From: an uncultured Candidatus Saccharibacteria bacterium
GTDB lineage: Bacteria; Patescibacteriota; Minisyncoccia; Phycocordibacterales; UBA2100
Direction of reading: 5' to 3'
Assembly: GCA_964654205.1 (NCBI GenBank)
Contig: CAZZHR010000002.1
Location: 65,800-129,799, forward strand
Length of the DNA: 64,000 nt
The notes under the pieces were generated by a model, which was not told the DNA's origin, did not search any database, and saw nothing but the letters and a program-made list of their open reading frames with translations. Shown here one piece after another: positions 46,660-56,354 of this stretch; within the stretch, counting starts at the first letter, position 1; every line of letters starts with the position of its first letter. Position numbers and translations under genes: made by a program.

Positions 46660-47793
46660 TCATCGTCGCGAGCGCTTGTGGTCAAGGAGTTGCGAAAAGA
46701 GTCTCGCCAGTGCGGCCGCGGAGTTTTCTATCGTACGGTCGCCGTAGCGCACCCTTGCTTCTCGGGCGAGGCGCGCCATAAGAGCATCATCAGAGAGTGC
46801 GCGAACAAGCGCGCGGGCAAGCCCCTCTACATCTCGAGGCTCCGCGAGAAGTCCTGTTTCTTCGTGCTTTATGACGTCCGGGATACCGCCCACGTTCGAC
46901 GCCACGATGGGTAGATCTGAAAAGAACGCTTCCGCAAGTACCATGCCTTGCCCTTCCCACACCGAAGGAAATACGAAGATGTCCGCACTTCTCATAAGGT
47001 CTGGTACATCTTTGCGGGCGCCTAGGAAGATGACTCTGTGCTCAATGCCGAGTTCTTTTGCCTCCTGTTTGAGCGAGGCTTCAAGCCCACCTATTCCCGC
47101 TATTGCAAAATATGTGTCTGGCTTATCTTTAAGAACCAGCGGCATCGCCCTTAAGAGGTACGTATGACCTTTTTGTTCTATGAGGCGCCCCACTGTGAGT
47201 ACGAAATGCGCACCCTCTGGTATTCCGATTTCGCGCCGTATCTTTACCCTATCTATCGGCGTAGTGAATTTCGAAAGGTCGACCGCGTTCATTGATATTT
47301 CGTGGATTTTCTTTTGGGGAAAACCAATCACATCACGTGCGTAGACAGATATTGCCTGTGTTTGCGAGAGACACGCATCTGTACATTTAGATAAAACCCA
47401 GTCAGTCCAGATGTATTTTTTGGGAAGTGACGGGATGAGGTTCTGTACGGCCGTCACGATAAGTCGCGTACGAGCAAGGAGGGCTGCCAACCTACCGAAG
47501 AGATCCGACATGAACAGTTGTGTGAAGACGACATCAAATTTCTCCCTACGTATGTACCGATATAGTCGAAAGAACCCGGGTACGTCCCAAAAACCCCTGA
47601 AACCGAAATCAATGTATACGACCGACGGTTTCAGCAGGTCTTTGAAGAAAGAGTACTTTTGCTCGGTGCGGAGTGTCGCGACGGTCACATCTACGTCCTT
47701 CTTTTCTAGTTCGTTCGCGAAGTTTACGACGAGCCGTTGTACACCACCGGGCGCGAGCTCATTCGTCAGCAGAAGCAGCTTGAACTTACTCAT
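46660..47793 (-). CDS. Family 4 glycosyltransferase
   Basis: 'EGQGMVLAEAFFSDLPIVASNVGGIPDVI'. Confidence 0.8.
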   Translation of the reverse strand: MSKFKLLLLTNELAPGGVQRLVVNFANELEKKDVDVTVATLRTEQKYSFFKDLLKPSVVYIDFGFRGFWDVPGFFRLYRYIRREKFDVVFTQLFMSDLFGRLAALLARTRLIVTAVQNLIPSLPKKYIWTDWVLSKCTDACLSQTQAISVYARDVIGFPQKKIHEISMNAVDLSKFTTPIDRVKIRREIGIPEGAHFVLTVGRLIEQKGHTYLLRAMPLVLKDKPDTYFAIAGIGGLEASLKQEAKELGIEHRVIFLGARKDVPDLMRSADIFVFPSVWEGQGMVLAEAFFSDLPIVASNVGGIPDVIKHEETGLLAEPRDVEGLARALVRALSDDALMARLAREARVRYGDRTIENSAAALARLFSQLLDHKRSRR

Positions 47794-48419
47794 GAAGAAG
47801 TGCTCTTTACTGCCGCGACGAGGTATCCGAGCGGATAGCGATTGGTTGAGAATGTCTGCTTTTTGTCCAGACCCACGAGCACGTCATCGAGTACAGAACT
47901 CACCAGGCCATGTGCCTGCGCAAGAAGCGGAACCTTCGAAAGAACGTTATGCGCCACGTGGGACGCCGCCGTAAAGGGACCCTTTCCGATAGGCGTTACC
48001 TGCACGTTGTGGAACTCCGCATCCGCGAATATTTTCTTCAGGGTTTCATCAGTGTAGCGAAAGTAATCGTGCGGCGAGGGGTGTACTTGCATGATGAATG
48101 GCACCGCGAGCAGTATCTTCCCGCCGGGCTTGAGTATGCGGCGACACTCTGAAAGGAATTGCTCGTGATTGTAGATGTGCTCCATGATGTTCATGCATAT
48201 GACACCGTCGTACGACGCGTCTGGGAGCGGAAACTTTTCTTCCAGATCGAAAATGTGCTCCGCGCCCGTCTCCCGCGAGAGATTCACGACCTCCACCTTT
48301 TTCTCTCCGCGCAGAAGCGCGTGATAGCCCGAGCGACTATCGCCCCCGACGTCTAACACACGGCCAGTGAGCTCGTGCTTTTCGAGCTCTCTGTACAGTC
48401 GACGTCTCCAGGGACTCAT
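47790..48419 (-). CDS. Class I SAM-dependent methyltransferase
   Basis: 'VLDVGGDSRSGY' motif I and 'LKPGGKILLAVP' post-I. 209 aa. Confidence 0.7.
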   Translation of the reverse strand: MSPWRRRLYRELEKHELTGRVLDVGGDSRSGYHALLRGEKKVEVVNLSRETGAEHIFDLEEKFPLPDASYDGVICMNIMEHIYNHEQFLSECRRILKPGGKILLAVPFIMQVHPSPHDYFRYTDETLKKIFADAEFHNVQVTPIGKGPFTAASHVAHNVLSKVPLLAQAHGLVSSVLDDVLVGLDKKQTFSTNRYPLGYLVAAVKSTSS

Positions 48420-49444
48420 ATATGCATTTCTCTTCTTAGCATCCCGACCAGTGTACCCAAACTATGATCACGCGCCACTTGCTCACGCAGTTCATTCGTG
48501 CCCGCCGAGCCAAGGAACTGCTCGATCCGATCCGACAGCTGATGAGCATCACCCGCTTTGAACCATAGCTTGTCTCCTGCGAATTGCCGATAATCCTCAC
48601 TGCATGCGATGCTTGTGCATCCACAGGCAACCGCTTCGAAGATGGTCTTGTCGAACATACCGCTCGCGCTCGCGTTGACGAATACCTCGTGCACGGAATA
48701 GATAGCTGGCGTTTCGCTGTTCTTCACGCCTGGATAGAATACTACGTTGTCGGAAAGGTTATTCTCGCGGACGAAACGCTTTTGGTCTTCGAGATACCCA
48801 GCACCTTTTGGCAGTGCGTCGCCGTACATCGAAGCCGTAAAATCAATTCCTCTGCTCTTCAAAATCTTGAACGCCTCGAGCATCACGTGGATATTTTTCG
48901 ATGGTGCAATGCGGCCGAGCGAAAGGATACTGCGCGGTTTACGCTCCATCCCAGGCACTGGCCTGAACATATCAGTGTCAATGCCGACAGGCATCAGTAC
49001 ATTCTTTCGATATTTCGCGACGTACGAGCTTTTCGACGTACAGAATGTTTTATGCGAGAGCGCTACGGCTATATCTGTGACAATCCCGGGCGCCCAGTGA
49101 TTGCGCCAGAGATACACGCGCTTGCCCATGAGCCGCCAGAAGATACCGCCGAGCACGACGTACTCCGGATTCATATGTACGAAGACCGCGTCGTACTCGC
49201 GTCGAAGCGTCCACGCGAGTCGATAAAACCGAAGTATATAAAGCAACCGGTTACCACCAGATTCTTTGCCGAGCGAGTACACCTGTACATTCGCCGGGAC
49301 ATCGTGTGCTCCGACACGCAGCCCCACCGCGTGAATGTGCGGGAACTTCGCCGCAAAAGCACGCAGCCACCCATGGAAAAACCCCAACACGGGGTCTTTC
49401 GTATCTATCGCCTGTGTAAACACGAGAAGCCTCGTCCCGTTCAT
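48416..49444 (-). CDS. Family 4 glycosyltransferase
   Basis: GT-B C-terminal 'FEAVACGCTSIACSED'. Its N-terminus is paralogous to the GT domain of the next gene. Confidence 0.7.
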   Translation of the reverse strand: MNGTRLLVFTQAIDTKDPVLGFFHGWLRAFAAKFPHIHAVGLRVGAHDVPANVQVYSLGKESGGNRLLYILRFYRLAWTLRREYDAVFVHMNPEYVVLGGIFWRLMGKRVYLWRNHWAPGIVTDIAVALSHKTFCTSKSSYVAKYRKNVLMPVGIDTDMFRPVPGMERKPRSILSLGRIAPSKNIHVMLEAFKILKSRGIDFTASMYGDALPKGAGYLEDQKRFVRENNLSDNVVFYPGVKNSETPAIYSVHEVFVNASASGMFDKTIFEAVACGCTSIACSEDYRQFAGDKLWFKAGDAHQLSDRIEQFLGSAGTNELREQVARDHSLGTLVGMLRREMHI

Positions 49445-51441
49445 GATGTGTAGTGCGAATGTTCTCCGCCCTCCCTCGTCAACATTTCGAGCATGTTGGG
49501 GACGACAGAGGAGAGCGCGTGCTCGCGGCGCACGTAGGCACGCGCAAGAGCGCGCGCATGCTCGCGCTTCTCTTCCGAGAGCGCGAGCGCGGCCTTGATA
49601 GCTACGGCTACGCTCTCAGGCGTGACTTCCTCGAGGAACAGCCTCGGCTCGATGACCCGTTGCACCTCCTTTTCTGAGGTAATCACAAGACAGCCGGCCG
49701 CCATCGCCTCATAGAGCGTCTTTTTTGAGCCGTGCGCGGAACCCGCGTGAATGAAAATCTCATGCGATGCGTAGATGCCCGGCGTCTTCTCATGGAGCAC
49801 CGTCCCGCGATACGCGACTGCTCCGCTGCGTTCTGCGTCGGTGAACTGGGAGCGGAGCTTCGCCGCGTACGCTTCATCTCCCGGTCGCGGCTCCCCGTAG
49901 ACATCGAGCGAGAAGTTGTGGACGTTCTCGCGCACCTGCGCGGCGGCCGCGATGACCGACTCGAGTCGCTTCGATTGATGGATGCGGCCCATAAAAAGCA
50001 GCGACTCTTTCGGCGCAGAGCGTAATGCGGAATACATGTCCGTATCGATGCCCATCGGGACGTACCGCGCGTGTGCAAGCCGGGCGGCATACGAATCCTT
50101 GCTCGAATAGAAGACGATGTCGGCGAGCTGCATCGCCATGCGCGCCATCCATGTCGCGCGCGCGTCGTTGTGCCAGAAACCGACGCGCTTGCCGAGCAGC
50201 TTCCAGAGCCACCCGCCGACGACGGCAAACTCGGACGAGAGATGGACGAGTACCGCGTCGTACTCGCGGCGATGCTTCCACGCCACGGAAAGCAGGCGCG
50301 CCGAGTACACGAGTCGGCGGAAGAACCGCCCCACGGCCGACATCGATTCCTTGCCGAGACTGTGTTCAGTCACGTTGGGTGGGAGCCCCCTGTCGCCGTA
50401 GCCGAGGCAGACGACGTGCAGCCTGTGTGCGTGACGTGCAAACTCCCTAAGCCAGCCGTGGAAGTAGCCGAGGAGCGGGTCGGAGCGGTCTACCGATTCA
50501 GTGCAGACGAGCACTTTCACCTCGCCGCGCAGCGAGCTCAATTTCGGGAGCTCCATCCGTTCGAACGGCTCTTTGAGCACCGACTTTCCATACACGCCCT
50601 CAAGGAGGTCGAGGTCTTTGCCCGTGCCGCGGAGGAGTTCGATATTTTTACGCTCCATGGCTTCCAAGAGCGCCGTACCTGCTTCATTGCCAATCTTTGT
50701 GCTGTATTCGCCTCGGAGAGCCGCGACATCTTTGATAAAACAGTGGCCGCCCGCGCCGCGTCCGCTTTTGTGTATCGGGCGAGCGTAGCGATTGTTGACG
50801 AGAGGGTCCGCTTCGATGGCGCGCTGAATCATGTGCCAATTGCAGCCGTGGTGCGCCGCGAGGTCGTACATGAGGTTGAAAAAGAGTATTTGCGTGTAGC
50901 CGCTCCCGTTGTGCGAGTACTTGATGATCTCGGCTTCCGTGCTCGAGCATGTCTGCGCATATGGCGCAGTCGGAAGGACAGAGTGGATGAGCGCTGCGGC
51001 AGCCTTCTGCTTCGGCGTGTCTTCTGTGAGCCCTACGATGTTCATAAAAGGATGCGCCGCGTCGTGCGCCGCGGTCGCCTCGCTGAGAAATTCCGGCGAG
51101 TAGATGACTGTCTTGTCGGGGAACTCGGTCTGTAATACTTTTGCAGTGCCAGGCACGATGGTCGATTTTATGACTGCAACTTTGTTTTTTCCCACGAGCT
51201 CAATTGCGGATCGGACGATCGAGTAGTCGAATCCCGATGGCGTGGTCGGAGTCGGCACTGCGATAAAGACGAGGTCGCACTCAAGCACCTTGTCCCTATT
51301 TCGCACATAGGGCTCTTCGAGGGCATAGCGGACGCACGCATAGCCGCGGCGCTCGAAATCGTCGGCATAATTCTTGCCGATGAATCCCTGCCCTATGAAC
51401 CCGATGAGCGGCGTGTCTTTCATGGCGACGTATACTAGCAA
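49441..51441 (-). CDS. Fusion: UDP-glucose/GDP-mannose dehydrogenase-family N-terminal + central domains joined to a GT4 glycosyltransferase
   Basis: 'IGFIGQGFIGKNY', 'FIAVPTP', 'VIKSTIVPGT', 'SPEFLSEA', catalytic 'GGHCFIKD'. About 70 aa later a GT4 domain begins ('DPLLGYFHGWLREF ... EAMAAGCLVITSE'). The canonical UDP-binding C-terminal domain appears absent. Confidence 0.6.
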   Translation of the reverse strand: MLVYVAMKDTPLIGFIGQGFIGKNYADDFERRGYACVRYALEEPYVRNRDKVLECDLVFIAVPTPTTPSGFDYSIVRSAIELVGKNKVAVIKSTIVPGTAKVLQTEFPDKTVIYSPEFLSEATAAHDAAHPFMNIVGLTEDTPKQKAAAALIHSVLPTAPYAQTCSSTEAEIIKYSHNGSGYTQILFFNLMYDLAAHHGCNWHMIQRAIEADPLVNNRYARPIHKSGRGAGGHCFIKDVAALRGEYSTKIGNEAGTALLEAMERKNIELLRGTGKDLDLLEGVYGKSVLKEPFERMELPKLSSLRGEVKVLVCTESVDRSDPLLGYFHGWLREFARHAHRLHVVCLGYGDRGLPPNVTEHSLGKESMSAVGRFFRRLVYSARLLSVAWKHRREYDAVLVHLSSEFAVVGGWLWKLLGKRVGFWHNDARATWMARMAMQLADIVFYSSKDSYAARLAHARYVPMGIDTDMYSALRSAPKESLLFMGRIHQSKRLESVIAAAAQVRENVHNFSLDVYGEPRPGDEAYAAKLRSQFTDAERSGAVAYRGTVLHEKTPGIYASHEIFIHAGSAHGSKKTLYEAMAAGCLVITSEKEVQRVIEPRLFLEEVTPESVAVAIKAALALSEEKREHARALARAYVRREHALSSVVPNMLEMLTREGGEHSHYTS

Positions 51442-52515
51442 TTATCGCACCCCCGCGGAAGCTACATCAGCGCAGTACGCGGATACATAGTCTTCGAAGC
51501 TTTTGTAAGGATAATCGGCCAAGAACGCGTCATAAGGACCCTCGGCAAACCAGCGCTTGAGCGCATCTCTGTAATCCTTTTCTTCTGTGACGATTGCTCC
51601 CGCTTCTCTGGCGATACCCACGTCGGTCGATAGGACCGGCTTCCCGGCAGCGAGCGCCTCGATGATGACGAGGCCATACCCTTCGTAGCGCGACGTGACA
51701 AGCACGAGGTCGGCGAGCGCGTAGTATGGCGCACTGTCTGTCTCGCCCTCAAAAAAGACGCGCTCGGCCACTTTGAGTTCATGAGCGAGCTTGTCGAGGT
51801 ACGGCCGTTCGCTGCCACCACCCACGATGACGAGGCACGCATCCGTCGGTGCCGCAGCCGCGAACGCCCGGAGCGCGAGGCATGGATTCTTTTCCGCCTC
51901 AAAGCGACCTACATAGAGCAGGCGTTTCGAAAACCGGGCAAACTTTTGCACAAGCTCCGTATCGGGTCTCGCATTGCGTACACGATCAATATCGACAAAG
52001 ATGGGCAGCACCGTTATCGGACATGTGAGCTCGAATGTATCCTGCAGTGAGCGCTTAATGCGCTCGGAAACGACACGAACACGTGATGAGCGTTGCAATA
52101 CGATTCCCGCCATACGGACGCGCAATCTGTTGATCCAAGAATGATTCGCATACGCCGGAGAAAGAAAGTCTGTGTGGACTTGCACATGCAGCGGCTTGCC
52201 GACAAAACGTGATATCACGAGTGCCGTGAGCCCAGCCTCGAATGGATCCTGTGCGGATACGACATCCGGCCATGGCAACCGCGTCGCGAGGAGTAGCGCA
52301 TCTATGCTATACAGCAACTTCGAGAACGACCTCGTAGGATGCACATGAAGCGCCCCATCGCGGATTTCTGTGAACCCATCGTTTTCGAGCGAGAAACCAA
52401 TGATGTCGAGTGCGCCGAATTTCTCAGCGTACGCTTTCTGCCGCGCGTATGCGGGAGAGCCGGGCACCAGGATGCCCCGCTTTGACCTGTCGGCTCCGAT
52501 CTGCAAGACATGCAT
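51442..52515 (-). CDS. Family 4 glycosyltransferase
   Basis: 'EGYGLVIIEALAAGKPVLSTDVG'. Confidence 0.75.
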   Translation of the reverse strand: MHVLQIGADRSKRGILVPGSPAYARQKAYAEKFGALDIIGFSLENDGFTEIRDGALHVHPTRSFSKLLYSIDALLLATRLPWPDVVSAQDPFEAGLTALVISRFVGKPLHVQVHTDFLSPAYANHSWINRLRVRMAGIVLQRSSRVRVVSERIKRSLQDTFELTCPITVLPIFVDIDRVRNARPDTELVQKFARFSKRLLYVGRFEAEKNPCLALRAFAAAAPTDACLVIVGGGSERPYLDKLAHELKVAERVFFEGETDSAPYYALADLVLVTSRYEGYGLVIIEALAAGKPVLSTDVGIAREAGAIVTEEKDYRDALKRWFAEGPYDAFLADYPYKSFEDYVSAYCADVASAGVR

Positions 52516-52529
52516 ACCTCTACAGAGTA

Positions 52530-53687
52530 TCAGCGTGCCGTGAGAATGTCCTCATACAATGTGATGAATGAATTCACCACGTTCGTAAGCTGGAACTGTT
52601 TAGACCTCTCATATGCAGACTTGGCCATTTTATTCCGCAGATCAAGGTTCACTAGAAGTTCCCGAATTTTCTCAGAGAATGCGTCTTCGTCACTCGGATC
52701 GACGAGGAAACCCGTAATCCCATCTTGCACCAATTCCGAGCAACCCCCCACATCGGTGGACACAATAGGAAGGCCGAAGTGCATGGCTTCGATGAAGACG
52801 TTGGGGAATCCCTCTTCGAGAGACGCAGACACGTAGAGCGCGGCGCCTTGAAACTGCGCATACACGTCTGCTGACGATAGGCGTCCTGTAAACGTGACCG
52901 GCACTCGGAGCCGCTTTGCTTCTGACTCGGATTCCTCGCGGATCCTGTCCTGGCCGTCACCGATGAGCACGAGATGTGCATGGGGGGTTTTCGCCTTGGC
53001 GAACGCACGGATTATCGTCGGTATTCTTTTGTGCGGAATGAACCGATTCGCTGACACGACGACAGGCTTGCTATCGTGAGTGAATGTCTTGTACCCGCCG
53101 CCCTCGATGTCGAGCGCATTTGGAATGATTCGGATACTCGCATCCTCGCCTGCTATCGCGCGAATGTTCTTCGCACGGAACTGTGAGGGTGCCCACACCA
53201 CAGAAAAAAGCAGAAGGCCGTGGCGTTCTATCCAAGTCAGGAACCTCGAAAAAACCGAGAAAGAGTAGGTGCCGCCGAAGTCACGGCTTTTTACGTCACT
53301 CGTTGCGTATGTTTCCCACACCCAGTCGCCTGCGAACTTTATGATACTGGGCATGCCTGCGATTTTCGCAAAAAGGCCTGCCACGAATGACAGTGCGCTC
53401 ACGCTGTGCGCATGTAGGATGTCCGGTCGCTCACGCACGATGACCCATGCCAGACATGCAGAACCGACGAGCCAGCGGATGGGCTTATCGAGCGGCGTGC
53501 GAGTGTAGCGCCAACGGTATCGGTACACCGTGTATCCGTCTGGATTCGACAACTCAAAGCGATCCCCTACAGTGACAACAACGGGTGTTACGCCCCTATC
53601 ATTGAGTACACGGCAAAGGTGCCACGACTGCGTTGCGGGCCCTCCTATCATGGGTGGGAAAATGGGCGCGTACATCAAGACTTTCAT
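52530..53687 (-). CDS. Family 4 glycosyltransferase
   Basis: 'EEGFPNVFIEAMHFGLPIVSTDVGGCSELV'. Confidence 0.75.
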   Translation of the reverse strand: MKVLMYAPIFPPMIGGPATQSWHLCRVLNDRGVTPVVVTVGDRFELSNPDGYTVYRYRWRYTRTPLDKPIRWLVGSACLAWVIVRERPDILHAHSVSALSFVAGLFAKIAGMPSIIKFAGDWVWETYATSDVKSRDFGGTYSFSVFSRFLTWIERHGLLLFSVVWAPSQFRAKNIRAIAGEDASIRIIPNALDIEGGGYKTFTHDSKPVVVSANRFIPHKRIPTIIRAFAKAKTPHAHLVLIGDGQDRIREESESEAKRLRVPVTFTGRLSSADVYAQFQGAALYVSASLEEGFPNVFIEAMHFGLPIVSTDVGGCSELVQDGITGFLVDPSDEDAFSEKIRELLVNLDLRNKMAKSAYERSKQFQLTNVVNSFITLYEDILTAR

Positions 53688-53762
53688 ATCTCGATACTAT
53701 ACATGCCTCCTCGCCCGCTCATTGTCCCATTCGTCCGACTGTCACCAGCGACCCGAGCTACG

Positions 53763-54818
53763 CTAGCCACGTTTGGTGGCAAATTTTACCTTTTTGAAGT
53801 ACGCCTGCTGAAGGTCGAGTTGCATCTTCTCAAAGGTGCCCGGCGGCAAAGCTTTAGTCGCAGCAATAATACGACGGATACCCTCCTCCAAGGAGACCTC
53901 TGGCGTGAATCCGAGTACTTTCTTTACTTTCTTCATATCTGCAAGCAGTCGGTACGCATAGATCTGAATAGGGACATTTACACGCACGGGCTTCGGAGTC
54001 TTGACTCCGAGCTGCTTAGCAATGATAGCAAGTACGTCATTGAACGTGTGCTCAATGCCGAAGCCAAGGTTCAGTTCGCAGGTCGGGATATTCTTTTCCA
54101 TCGCCATAATGAAAGCGCGGGCTACGTCGTCGACATAGATGAAATCACGCGTCTGCTTGCCGTCGCCCCATATGACCGGCTTCTGTCCGCCCATGAGCGC
54201 CCACGTAAGGAGCGACGTGATGTTGGCATACCCCAGCTTCGTATGCTCTCCGACTCCGTAGACGGAGAATGGTCGGAAGGCGATGCATTTGAAACCCCAC
54301 CTGTTGCTATAGCGCCTTGCTTCAAGTTCGCACCAATGTTTCGAGCCTGCTTTACTGTCGGGCGGATCGATGGGCATGTCCTCGCGAAATGGCACGCGCG
54401 GCGGCTTGTTCCATTCCTCATAGACGGCGGACGTGGATGCCCATACTATCTTTCTTTTCCCATGCTTGCGCATCGCCTCAAGGATTGTCTTGAACCCGCG
54501 CATCGTAAAGTCGCAGGACTCTACGTCGTTCTCTTCGTACATGATGAACGACGACGGCGCAGCGAGATGGATGATATGGTCTGCTTTTGAGACCAAGTCC
54601 GAAACGAGCTTGTAGTCACGGACGTCGCCCTCTTTCCAGGCTATGTGCGGGGAATTGAGTATTTGGTCGCGATTCGAGAACCGGAAATTATCGAGCGCCG
54701 TGACCCGGTATCCCTTTTCGATAAGTTGCCTCACGAGAGAGCGCCCGATAAAACCTGCTGCGCCTGTCACGAATACGTTTTCACGCAGACCAGACTTTTT
54801 TCGAAACTGTTTTTTCAT
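53763..54818 (-). CDS. NAD-dependent epimerase/dehydratase (SDR)
   Basis: 'VFVTGAAGFIGRSLVRQL'. Start probably 'MKKQFRK'. Confidence 0.75.
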   Translation of the reverse strand: MKKQFRKKSGLRENVFVTGAAGFIGRSLVRQLIEKGYRVTALDNFRFSNRDQILNSPHIAWKEGDVRDYKLVSDLVSKADHIIHLAAPSSFIMYEENDVESCDFTMRGFKTILEAMRKHGKRKIVWASTSAVYEEWNKPPRVPFREDMPIDPPDSKAGSKHWCELEARRYSNRWGFKCIAFRPFSVYGVGEHTKLGYANITSLLTWALMGGQKPVIWGDGKQTRDFIYVDDVARAFIMAMEKNIPTCELNLGFGIEHTFNDVLAIIAKQLGVKTPKPVRVNVPIQIYAYRLLADMKKVKKVLGFTPEVSLEEGIRRIIAATKALPPGTFEKMQLDLQQAYFKKVKFATKRG

Positions 54819-55130
54819 ATGGCGAGGATAGTACCATGGCGGCACTCAAAGTAAAACGGGGCGCGAGGGCGCCCCGTTCCAATCTTGGGCAGGCGGGAAC
54901 GCTACCGCGTTGGCGGACCCGCGAGAAGATAGGGACTCCTCAGAATGAGCTCGGTGATGATGAGAGACGACTGAATCCAGGCGATGGCAATGGTAGCCGG
55001 CGCAAGCGTCAGCATTGCGTACTCCTTCATTCCGAACTCGTTTCCTTGGAGAGGAGAGACAAATGGGAACATTACAGCTCCCTCCTTTCCTACCCAATCA
55101 AACACCCATATCGGTGTTCTCACCAGCGAG

Positions 55131-56354
55131 TTATCCCCTGTTCGTCAGTGGGTCGAAAACCTCCCTTTTCATGCGCTCTGCTATCAGACCCCAGTCGTAC
55201 CGCTCCGCCGCAAGCTCCCTGGCGTTCTTTACGATGCGTGCGGTGAGCGACGGCTCACCCATGTAGCGCCGCACAGCTTTAGCGACTGATTCCGGATTGC
55301 TGACTTCGCAGAAGATGCCTGTCGGTTCCATGTCGGGATTTCTCTCCGGGTCGAAAAGAAAATCTGGTATGCCGCCGACCGGAGTCGCCACCACGGGAAT
55401 GCCCGCAGCGAACGCTTCAACAAACGCATTGCCAAAACCCTCGATAAGCGATGGTCGCACAAAAATGTCGCACATTTTGTAGTACGCCGGCAATTCGTCG
55501 TGACCGATGTGCCCCGCAAAAATTACGCGCCCCCGCACGCCAGATTCCTGCGCTATGCGCTCGAGCTTGGCTTCGTCTTCTCCAGAGCCGGCAATGAGCA
55601 GCTTTACATTCTCGGGCAGGTGCGCGAGCGAGCGAATCGTGTCCTCGACACCGCGCGAGAGTACGAGGCGCGATGCGGTGAAGAGGAATACGTCACCCAT
55701 TTTTTTGTCGTACTTTTCCTTCAACGTGAGGAGTTCATCTTCCGGTATCACACGAGAAAACTTCGCCACGTCGACTGCGTTGGGAATCACTGCTACGTGC
55801 CCCTTGTACCCTATGTTCCGCACCTCCCGCTCCAGAAAATGCGATATAACCTTGATGCGGTCGGCTCTATGGTAGACACGTTTGTACAGCCACCACAGCA
55901 CATAGAGAATCGGTCGACGCTTCGGCATGTCGCTAAACGCTCGGCCGTCCTGTAGCTCAAGCACATACGGCGTCTTGGGGTGCAGATAATTGAAGATCAT
56001 GCCCGCGAAACCCGCCTGGTTCGCCATCATCGACCAGACCGTGTCGTACACATACTTCTGGTCGAGCATCATCGCTTTCACAAATGCCGTAAAAGGGAAC
56101 AGTAGCTTGGCGAACTTGAGAGTAAGCGGCATCATGCGATCCGACACCTTTGGATTTGCAGCAGACGGGCCGATGCGGTGAATCGTTATGTTGCCCCGCC
56201 TCTCGACTTTCGGCAGGGCTCTGTCGAAGCGGAGCGTCACCATGTGAAATTCATACTCGCTGGAATCAATGCGGTCGGTAATTTCTTTTATCGCCACCTC
56301 CGCGCCGCCAACGAAGGGATGGTAAGTGAGCGAGATAATCAGAACGCGTCTCAT
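55131..56354 (-). CDS. Family 4 glycosyltransferase
   Basis: 'IEGFGNAFVEAFAAGIPVVATPVGGIPDFL'. Confidence 0.75.
   Translation of the reverse strand: MRRVLIISLTYHPFVGGAEVAIKEITDRIDSSEYEFHMVTLRFDRALPKVERRGNITIHRIGPSAANPKVSDRMMPLTLKFAKLLFPFTAFVKAMMLDQKYVYDTVWSMMANQAGFAGMIFNYLHPKTPYVLELQDGRAFSDMPKRRPILYVLWWLYKRVYHRADRIKVISHFLEREVRNIGYKGHVAVIPNAVDVAKFSRVIPEDELLTLKEKYDKKMGDVFLFTASRLVLSRGVEDTIRSLAHLPENVKLLIAGSGEDEAKLERIAQESGVRGRVIFAGHIGHDELPAYYKMCDIFVRPSLIEGFGNAFVEAFAAGIPVVATPVGGIPDFLFDPERNPDMEPTGIFCEVSNPESVAKAVRRYMGEPSLTARIVKNARELAAERYDWGLIAERMKREVFDPLTNRG

Noticed and set aside
50071-51135. 354-aa plus-strand ORF
   Set aside because: It is antisense to the UGDH–GT4 fusion gene.
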